A DNA stretch of 64,000 nucleotides from a virus, in the IMG/VR virus record IMGVR_UViG_3300013004_000026, positions 104,428 to 168,427 of that record. One strand, 5' to 3'. How positions within the stretch are numbered: position 1 is the first letter of the stretch; each line of letters opens with the position of its first letter. The translations under genes and the position numbers were made by a program. Positions 57,551 to 64,000 of this stretch are shown piece by piece. The notes under the pieces were generated by a model. That model worked only from the letters and a program-made list of their open reading frames with translations, was not told the origin of the DNA and did no database searches.

Positions 57551-57722
57551 CCGGCGCAAACATGCGGGCACCTTCTGCCATAAACACACTATAGGCTTCC
57601 ATTGTTTTTTCACAGTAAAGCATCTTGCCGTGCTTTTGAATGTCTTGCAAAACTTCTAACAGTCCGATACCCATGAACTCTTGTTCTTTGTTGAGTTGGG
57701 CAATAGCTGTGCTAATTTGCAT
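57540..57722 (-). CDS. Small early protein
   Basis: 60 aa; AAGGAG RBS; own promoter. Confidence 0.7.
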   Translation of the reverse strand: MQISTAIAQLNKEQEFMGIGLLEVLQDIQKHGKMLYCEKTMEAYSVFMAEGARMFAPVDQ

Positions 57723-57752
57723 TTGGGGCTCCTTTTGTTTAACTTAGCCTAT

Positions 57753-57781
57753 AGTATAGCAAATGGGCCCATTTGAGTCAA
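57753..57781 (-). promoter_or_regulatory. Sigma70 early promoter with palindromic spacer
   Basis: TTGACT-N17-TATACT; spacer contains the perfect palindrome CAAATGGGCCCATTTG. Confidence 0.8.
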
Positions 57782-57834
57782 CCGGGCTAAAACCCGCACA
57801 AACACTAGGGTTTTTGTTGCAAAAAATGTAATAC

Positions 57835-58317
57835 TTAGGGCTTACTCTGCTGTTCTGTAGCACTAAGTTTACACAATAGCAAGAAGTGCTCGTATGCTTG
57901 TTTCACGCTTTCGTTGGTCAAGAGCTTTTGTGCTTCTTTGACCAAGGCCTGGCTACCTGCTTCTGCAGCCTCACGACAGCTGCCGCAGGTCATCATGTTG
58001 CGGTTGGGATCATCGGGATCCATAGTAGCTAGAAACTGATCAAAGGCTGCTCGTTGTTCCAGCGTGATGCTTCTGGTAGCTGGCCGCAGTTCTGATGCCC
58101 TATGGATAGATTGTGAAATTTCATCCTCGCAATAGAGTGATGCTGCCAGTAATGGCACGATGTCTGGATCTACAGCATACCGGCGGCTGGTCATGCCGGG
58201 CCGTTTCACCGTCATGGTTGTGCCGTTGGGAATGTAATCAATCATTTCTTGATCGTACTCGCCAATTTCCACATATCGGCGGCCAACTTTTTTGTAAATT
58301 CCGGTAGGTTTTTTCAT
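57835..58317 (-). CDS. Hypothetical protein
   Basis: 160-aa ORF overlapping the upstream stop. Confidence 0.6.
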   Translation of the reverse strand: MKKPTGIYKKVGRRYVEIGEYDQEMIDYIPNGTTMTVKRPGMTSRRYAVDPDIVPLLAASLYCEDEISQSIHRASELRPATRSITLEQRAAFDQFLATMDPDDPNRNMMTCGSCREAAEAGSQALVKEAQKLLTNESVKQAYEHFLLLCKLSATEQQSKP

Positions 58318-59174
58318 CTAAACTGCTCCAACAAATTTTTTAATCCAAACAACTTTGTGCGATCCATGCTCTGTGCCACATGCACAAATCGAGTGGGTCG
58401 CAGATACAAGGTTTTACAAATTTCATTATAACGCTGATTGTACAAATTCCACAAGTGATCCGGAGGCACACGATGTATGTGATGAAGTCCAATGTGCATG
58501 AGACTGGCCGGAATCATTTTGAACTGATTGAATATGGTTATGCTGTCCTGCGGATTTTGTTGTCGGCTCCATCGTATGCCAATTCTATTCCACCACAGGT
58601 CCATGCCTTTGCTTAGACTCATGGCCACAGATTGTATGGCAGGATGATTGTAGTCAAACACAATGTCTCTTGCGGCTGTTAACCAAGCAGAATCCACATG
58701 CACTGGTATGTTTTTTTGCACACATTCGTCTAGAATCTCCTGCATGCGTGGGTGTATGTCATAGTGTCCTGCAAAAGGCATGCTGATCAACAAGGGCCGG
58801 TCAGGCTCAAGATTGCCAGGTTGACTGGGCACCAGCCCTGGGTCAAGCCGCCAGTAGTAGGTGTAGTCATGTGCCAACACTTGTATGCCACGGGTCGTGT
58901 GCTGTTGCAAAAGATTGTCAATAAAATGGTTTACCCCCATGCAGGCTTCAAATACAGGAAACGCATCCAGTCCAGTGATTTGGTTCAATGAGCTGGATCT
59001 AAACCAAGCAGGTGCATCACGCAACCAGGTGCGATGTACTTCAATTGGATCAAGGTCTTGAATGCTGTACTGCCTGCGCACTTCGCAGAGCCAGGCCGAG
59101 CTGGCATTTACCGGAGAGCTCTGTGTGCGTTCAGCAAACAGATCTATCAGCTGGTTAGATGTGATACTGCCCAT
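58314..59174 (-). CDS. PLP-dependent aminotransferase-like protein (fold type I)
   Basis: PVHVDSAW, SLSKG (Schiff-base Lys), RIG. Confidence 0.65.
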   Translation of the reverse strand: MGSITSNQLIDLFAERTQSSPVNASSAWLCEVRRQYSIQDLDPIEVHRTWLRDAPAWFRSSSLNQITGLDAFPVFEACMGVNHFIDNLLQQHTTRGIQVLAHDYTYYWRLDPGLVPSQPGNLEPDRPLLISMPFAGHYDIHPRMQEILDECVQKNIPVHVDSAWLTAARDIVFDYNHPAIQSVAMSLSKGMDLWWNRIGIRWSRQQNPQDSITIFNQFKMIPASLMHIGLHHIHRVPPDHLWNLYNQRYNEICKTLYLRPTRFVHVAQSMDRTKLFGLKNLLEQFR

Positions 59175-59533
59175 AGTGTGATAGCTAGATAGGTAAGACT
59201 ATGGGCCAGTTGATCTGCACCCAACCAGACCCAGAACTCATGATCTTGTATGGTCAGCCCGCGCCAGCGATTGATGTTCATTTTGAGCCAGTCAATATGA
59301 TAGTGGAACAGTCCGTCTGCCAGTGCAGCAAACACTGCAATAAAAGGATTGGTCATCCAACAGAGCACTGCCCAGGTCCCCACAATGTGCATGAGTGTGT
59401 GATGTACGCCACCCTCGGCACCGTAGATACCTTTTTGTTGTACCATGTAATCAAATTGTAGTACAAAATCTGCTATGAAATGCTTGGCAAACAGTAGTGC
59501 AAGTATGGCAATAGTTAATTGAGCTTCTGTCAT
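59147..59533 (-). CDS. DUF3307-family membrane protein
   Basis: KHFIADF.LQ, H..ID..K, GADQLAH. Confidence 0.8.
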   Translation of the reverse strand: MTEAQLTIAILALLFAKHFIADFVLQFDYMVQQKGIYGAEGGVHHTLMHIVGTWAVLCWMTNPFIAVFAALADGLFHYHIDWLKMNINRWRGLTIQDHEFWVWLGADQLAHSLTYLAITLWAVSHLTS

Positions 59534-59546
59534 GTTGATATTTAAC

Positions 59547-59750
59547 CTACCTAATCTGAAGCAGATTCATTTTACGCACAAGTTGAGCTTCAACTTGTCG
59601 CCAGAATCTATAGGCCCAGGTGTTGGGGTACACTTTGTCTATCACATGGCGCACACTGTCAAGTTTACGCCCAATGGTCTCAATTTCATCACCCACAATC
59701 ACTGCTCCCCTAGTGAATTGAAATCTTGAAATGTTGCGAGGTCGGTACAT
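59547..59750 (-). CDS. Small basic hypothetical protein
   Basis: ORF in the early operon. Confidence 0.5.
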   Translation of the reverse strand: MYRPRNISRFQFTRGAVIVGDEIETIGRKLDSVRHVIDKVYPNTWAYRFWRQVEAQLVRKMNLLQIR

Positions 59751-59752
59751 GG

Positions 59753-59929
59753 TCAACTGTTAATGGTAGCATAGGGATCATAATTTTCTGGCTGTGGAAA
59801 GGCAGCATCCCATTCAGCTGGGTCAATGTTTTCTATGTCTTGCCAATCGTAATCCTTGTCTACTAGCACGCCATCGTCATCGTAAAAAGGATCTTCTATC
59901 AAACGACCATATCCGGGTTCGCTCATCAT
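59753..59929 (-). CDS. 58-aa highly acidic protein (not in the ORF track)
   Basis: AGGAG RBS; MMSEPGYGRLIEDPFYDDDGVLVDKDYDWQDIENIDPAEWDAAFPQPENYDPYATINS. Confidence 0.7.
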   Translation of the reverse strand: MMSEPGYGRLIEDPFYDDDGVLVDKDYDWQDIENIDPAEWDAAFPQPENYDPYATINS

Positions 59930-59935
59930 GCTCTC

Positions 59936-60262
59936 CTATAGTTTGGGAATATTGTAGTTCACACCCTGTGGGCTTGGACGCTTGCGAATGCCCAGCTTGC
60001 TCCAATCTTGTTCTAGCATGGCTAGATTCTTTTTGTCCTTTACCGTTGCACCTTCAATTTTGAGCGTGATAAAAGTTTTGTTGTATTTGGGTTCAAAAAA
60101 TCTACCTGCATACACCAATTCCAACACCTGGCGCATGCGTTCAGCTTGCACCTGTTGTGCAGAGCTGTAGTGTGTTTTGTTTGCACTAGAGCGCATGCGG
60201 GCATCACGGGCTGCCCACCATTTGTTAGACGCTTCTTCTGTGTTGATGAATTTTTCCTGCAT
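59936..60262 (-). CDS. Hypothetical early protein
   Basis: AGGAG RBS; own sigma70 promoter. Confidence 0.7.
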   Translation of the reverse strand: MQEKFINTEEASNKWWAARDARMRSSANKTHYSSAQQVQAERMRQVLELVYAGRFFEPKYNKTFITLKIEGATVKDKKNLAMLEQDWSKLGIRKRPSPQGVNYNIPKL

Positions 60263-60293
60263 AGCAAGCTCCTATTTTTTGTAGAGTTTATGC

Positions 60294-60322
60294 AGTATAA
60301 GAAAAAGCCCAATTGTTGTCAA
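60294..60322 (-). promoter_or_regulatory. Sigma70 early promoter
   Basis: TTGACA-N17-TATACT. Confidence 0.8.
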
Positions 60323-60347
60323 CCAAGCATTTGTTGCAATTTTGCTA

Positions 60348-61190
60348 TTACACTGTTTCTAGCATTTCTAGCAACTTGTGCCCATTTTTCAAATAGGGCA
60401 AATGATTATGAATCATCACACCCACTTGATTTTTGTGCTCTGGCTGATTGGCTTTGAGTTTTTGGATAGCCATCTGCAACAGATCTATGTGCTGTCTTTG
60501 CCATAGTGCATTGATAACATGATTCCATTTGTGTTCGTTCCAGTTGTTCCAGTCTAATCTTTCGCAATAGAATTCTGCTGTTTCTCTGCGTCCAAAGCCA
60601 AATATGTTCCAGATACCATGAATACCCATACTATCATGATATTGACCTAGTTCATAGCTGAATCGCTGAGCCAATGGCGTTGGGGCAAATTTCATGCCAT
60701 AACGACTTTCCAACAAGGGCCTGTGATCTTGCCCTAGACACTTGTCTTCGTTGATAAAACTGTATTTGGCCAACAGTTTGATTTCTGGATCCTGGCAGGC
60801 CTGTAGGAACGCAGCACTGCGCAAACTGAGTCCGCCGTTGCCAATGTTTTGACCTTCTGGTTCGTTGGGCCACGGAGCTCCAATATAGTCGTACTCTAAG
60901 AACTCTGGTAGCCAGCGATTGCTTTGATGTACCATGCTGTCATATTGGATATACAAAGCATGTCCTTGTGTAACATGCTGAGCTACTCCTTTGAGCATGA
61001 GTTCATTGTATTGTCTAAAATTTCGCACTGGCTCATGCGCAATAAATTTACTGCCAGGATAGAAATCCTGATCACTGATAACTATAACTTCTTTTACCGA
61101 GGGCAATAGTCTAAGTGTTGTGTCAAGAGCTCGCTTGGTAAGTTCATAATTAATGAACTCAATGGCCACTACGCTGATATCTAAAGTCAT
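60348..61190 (-). CDS. DUF5672-family (glycosyltransferase-like) protein
   Basis: QYDS, YDYIGAPW, GNGGLSLRS, NED. Confidence 0.8.
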   Translation of the reverse strand: MTLDISVVAIEFINYELTKRALDTTLRLLPSVKEVIVISDQDFYPGSKFIAHEPVRNFRQYNELMLKGVAQHVTQGHALYIQYDSMVHQSNRWLPEFLEYDYIGAPWPNEPEGQNIGNGGLSLRSAAFLQACQDPEIKLLAKYSFINEDKCLGQDHRPLLESRYGMKFAPTPLAQRFSYELGQYHDSMGIHGIWNIFGFGRRETAEFYCERLDWNNWNEHKWNHVINALWQRQHIDLLQMAIQKLKANQPEHKNQVGVMIHNHLPYLKNGHKLLEMLETV

Positions 61191-62050
61191 TTGAAAATTT
61201 GTAACACTTTATCTTTGTTAGGAAATTCTTCTTGAGACATCCATTCAATCATTTCTTCGCACACACTGCTTTGTTTGATCTTGTCTGCTTGAGTTTCCAA
61301 TAGATCTAGATACCCAACTCCTGCCATACAAACCACAGTGTGATGTGCTCTGTGAACTTCGTTCCAGGTATTTTCTGGTGCTCGTTGGATAAAATATTCA
61401 ACGGTGTCTCTGGGCATGAACTGAACTATATTCCAAAATCCATGATGTGCCATGGCATCAAATCCATCTGGAGCAAGTTCAATAGAAAATTTATTAGCCA
61501 CTGGTGCAGGTGCAAAAACCATGCCCTGACTTTCTAACCAAGGCCTATGCACAATAGCAATATAGTTGTCTTCTTGAACACCATGCTCACTGGTTGGATC
61601 TAATTGTATATGTGGTGCTTGCAGTGCTTGTAGTAGTCTACGACTGCGCAAACTAAATCCGCCGTTGCCAACATTCTCACCGTGAGGACGCCACGGCCAA
61701 ACTGCACCAATGTAGTCATTTAACAAAAACCAATCATGCCATCCATCACTTTTGTGAACCATGGCGTCCCATTGCTGAAATATCACATACTCAGTTTCAA
61801 CATGTTCTAACATGCCTTTGAGCAGGAGATTGCAATAGTTCAGCATATTGCCATGCGGAATTTTTACATGCTTGGAACCTGGTAGAAAATCTTTGTCACT
61901 GAATACCAGTGCATGCTTAAAAGGCACTCGACTCAGCGTTTCTTCCATGGCTCTTTTGGCCAAGTCATGATACATAGTTTCTATGGTCACAAGGGTAACA
62001 TCATTCAAGGTACCACCTGATGGCCCAGATTTTGCATTGCTGATTGTCAT
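61187..62050 (-). CDS. DUF5672-family protein, tandem paralog
   Basis: QWDA, DYIGAVW, GNGGFSLRS, QED, FS.E. Confidence 0.8.
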   Translation of the reverse strand: MTISNAKSGPSGGTLNDVTLVTIETMYHDLAKRAMEETLSRVPFKHALVFSDKDFLPGSKHVKIPHGNMLNYCNLLLKGMLEHVETEYVIFQQWDAMVHKSDGWHDWFLLNDYIGAVWPWRPHGENVGNGGFSLRSRRLLQALQAPHIQLDPTSEHGVQEDNYIAIVHRPWLESQGMVFAPAPVANKFSIELAPDGFDAMAHHGFWNIVQFMPRDTVEYFIQRAPENTWNEVHRAHHTVVCMAGVGYLDLLETQADKIKQSSVCEEMIEWMSQEEFPNKDKVLQIFK

Positions 62051-63282
62051 TGTATTTCTACTTTAGGAAAGTATTTGAGAAACTTGTCATTTGGATTCAT
62101 TCGACGGCCAAGAATCTTCTTTTGAATGTCGTCAAAGTAATTCCAGGCCAGCGGAATAAACAGTATCTTGTCGCCGGGCTGATATTGATCCAAATGATCA
62201 ATACTGACCACAGGTATGCTCATACCAGGCGAGTACTTGCCCTGCTTGAGCTCATTGTCGTCAATGATAAAATCCAGTTTGATCTTGCTAAAATTTAGCA
62301 GAGTGTTGCCTTTGGCAGCAGCACCATACCCGCCGAGGATATAGCCCTTGCGTCTGTACAACTCAACAAATGTCTTTAGTTCATCAACCAAGCGTAGTGT
62401 ATTAGCAGCCCAATGAGCGTAGGTATCGTCTGTGTACAACCCAATGGTATTTTCCATTGCAATAATGTTTTTCACACGCTCAGGACGAGGACGCTTGCTC
62501 AACACAAACACATAGCTGATGCCGTGGATGGGAGTTTTGATAGCGTCCACAAGATACAAACCGGATCGTTCGGCCAGAGCCTTCATGCTCTTGACATTGA
62601 AGAAACTGATGTGTTCGTGATAGATTGTGTCAAATTCGTCATTTGGAACCATGTCAGCTTGACTGGTACTAACAAACATCAGGCTATTGCTATGCATAAC
62701 ATCTCGAACATTTTCCAGATAATTTACTAGATCAGGAATGTGTGCAAATGCATTTTGACTGGTTATGATATCTATTTTACCATTGGCAGCATGTACAACT
62801 TCTGTGGCAGTATCTTTGTTCCAGAAATCACACACCACACGATGCCCGCTGCGTTGACTGACAGGAAACAAATTTTTAGCAGGGTCAACTCCGTAGGTTC
62901 TAAGGCCTTCGTCGATGAAAAAATTCAATTGACTGCCATCGTTACAGCCAATATCCAACACAGTTTCTGGATTATGACCGGCGTGTGAGCGATACAATTC
63001 CATGGCAAATTTAGCATACCAGTGCATGTAATGTAGATATGTTTTGCTGGTTCCACTCACATACAAATAATGCTCGTAGATCAGTTTAGGGTTCACTGCA
63101 TGTGTGAGCTGTAGGTGATGGCAGTCTCGACACATGTTCACAGCCAGCGGAAAATACGGCTCACTGTCGCCGGGCTCTTCCTTGAACGCATTGGCCAATG
63201 GCTGATCGTTTAAGTCCAGCATGAGCACTAGATTGTGTCCACCGCAGGCCAAACAAGAGTTTAATTGAGTAATATCATTCAT
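62047..63282 (-). CDS. NDP-sugar C-methyltransferase family protein
   Basis: CLACG..C..C zinc site, DIGCNDG, FDTIYHEH, GYGAAAKG. Confidence 0.88.
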   Translation of the reverse strand: MNDITQLNSCLACGGHNLVLMLDLNDQPLANAFKEEPGDSEPYFPLAVNMCRDCHHLQLTHAVNPKLIYEHYLYVSGTSKTYLHYMHWYAKFAMELYRSHAGHNPETVLDIGCNDGSQLNFFIDEGLRTYGVDPAKNLFPVSQRSGHRVVCDFWNKDTATEVVHAANGKIDIITSQNAFAHIPDLVNYLENVRDVMHSNSLMFVSTSQADMVPNDEFDTIYHEHISFFNVKSMKALAERSGLYLVDAIKTPIHGISYVFVLSKRPRPERVKNIIAMENTIGLYTDDTYAHWAANTLRLVDELKTFVELYRRKGYILGGYGAAAKGNTLLNFSKIKLDFIIDDNELKQGKYSPGMSIPVVSIDHLDQYQPGDKILFIPLAWNYFDDIQKKILGRRMNPNDKFLKYFPKVEIQ

Positions 63283-64000
63283 TGTCTAAGATCTTTTCTA
63301 GTGCGTTAAAGATTTTTTGATTGTCAAAACTTTTACTACAGGCCCACTTAACTGCATTTTCGCAAACAAGTTCTCGCACCGGAGGTGTCTGTCTTGCATA
63401 ACAACCTAAACATTCCACATCGCTGGTCACAACAGTAATATCTTTACCAAACTCACCGCTGCGTGTGGGCAGTATTTGCTCTGGCAACAGATGGCTGATC
63501 AATGCCACCATTGGTGTGCTAGTGGTGCCAGCAATATGAAAAGGTCCACTGTCTGGTCCGACAAACGCACGAGCTTTGGAAATTAAATATTGAATTTCTC
63601 CAATACTTAATTGTTCAACCAGATCAATATAACGATCTGGTTGTGGTGGCACACGAAAATCGTATTTGGCCCCAACTGCCACAACTTTCATGGTAGGATA
63701 TTTTTCATGCAAGCGAGTGAACATTGAGCTCCAGATTTCCAAATCAATGTTTTTGTTTTCCCAAGCCCAACGACGCATGTGTACCACAATGTAATCACTG
63801 TTGATTTCTTCAATCACTTGATCCACATTGGATTTTTCTTCATCTGTGGGAAATATCTCCGGAGAATGGTCAACTGCCAGGCCTTCTTGGCCAAATGCTC
63901 TGTACAAGTAACTGTCCACATAGTGACTGGTCACTTGTTCTTCATAGGCATCATTGAGATTGACATACAAGTCCCAAGGATCTGCTTTTTGCATGTCGTC
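63275..64000 (-). CDS. Glycosyltransferase family 9 (heptosyltransferase-like); start probably beyond the window edge
   Basis: FVGPDSGPFHIA GT9 motif; the frame is open to the window end. Confidence 0.8.
   Translation of the reverse strand, partial: DDMQKADPWDLYVNLNDAYEEQVTSHYVDSYLYRAFGQEGLAVDHSPEIFPTDEEKSNVDQVIEEINSDYIVVHMRRWAWENKNIDLEIWSSMFTRLHEKYPTMKVVAVGAKYDFRVPPQPDRYIDLVEQLSIGEIQYLISKARAFVGPDSGPFHIAGTTSTPMVALISHLLPEQILPTRSGEFGKDITVVTSDVECLGCYARQTPPVRELVCENAVKWACSKSFDNQKIFNALEKILDNE

Noticed and set aside
1-64000. Bacterial chromosome or prophage origin, given host-like genes (clpX, rpsU, iscU, csgG, nrdAB)
   Set aside because: These genes are interleaved with T4-like helicase, primase, UvsW and fibre genes and late-type motifs, lack their usual operon partners, and no integrase or att site is seen.
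1-64000. Stop-codon recoding (TAG/TGA), as in some large phages
   Set aside because: Conserved genes are full length in code 11, and TAA, TAG and TGA all serve as stops.
1-64000. tRNA, rRNA or CRISPR array
   Set aside because: No cloverleaf/T-loop context or regularly spaced direct repeats were seen by eye; tRNAscan-SE would confirm.

Overview
This 64 kb window comes from a large, gene-dense tailed dsDNA bacteriophage with T4-like or jumbo-myovirus organisation. It uses the standard genetic code and most genes are on the - strand. The host is probably a Proteobacterium, inferred from GGAG Shine-Dalgarno use and the IscU/IscA/NrdAB/ClpX types. Left to right: (1) YvrJ-like membrane proteins, an alpha/beta hydrolase and a candidate structured RNA. 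(2) A contiguous envelope/signalling module: csgF, csgG, curlin-repeat protein, FecR-domain protein, discoidin-bearing beta-barrel protein, CHASE2 adenylate cyclase and a PBP7-like peptidase. (3) A host-takeover cluster: clpX, rpsU/S21, Hsp20, clpS and a DEDD exonuclease. (4) Fibre/structural genes and a small + strand early island with two nucleases. (5) A SleB-type hydrolase, nrdA/nrdB/glutaredoxin, an exonuclease and iscA/kinase/iscU. (6) A block of late proteins with T4 internal-protein-like N-termini, including two Pol-beta-type nucleotidyltransferases, a KxDG ligase-like protein and a 940-aa LysM protein. (7) Replication genes: helicase, primase, a 196-aa minimal DnaE-like protein, a gp62-like subunit and UvsW. 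(8) Early genes behind sigma70 promoters and a glycan-modification island. The best candidates for undescribed systems are the curli-FecR-CHASE2 trans-envelope module, the putative virion-packaged nucleotidyltransferase/ligase triad and the mini-DnaE. All family calls come from motif recognition by eye; no database searches were run.
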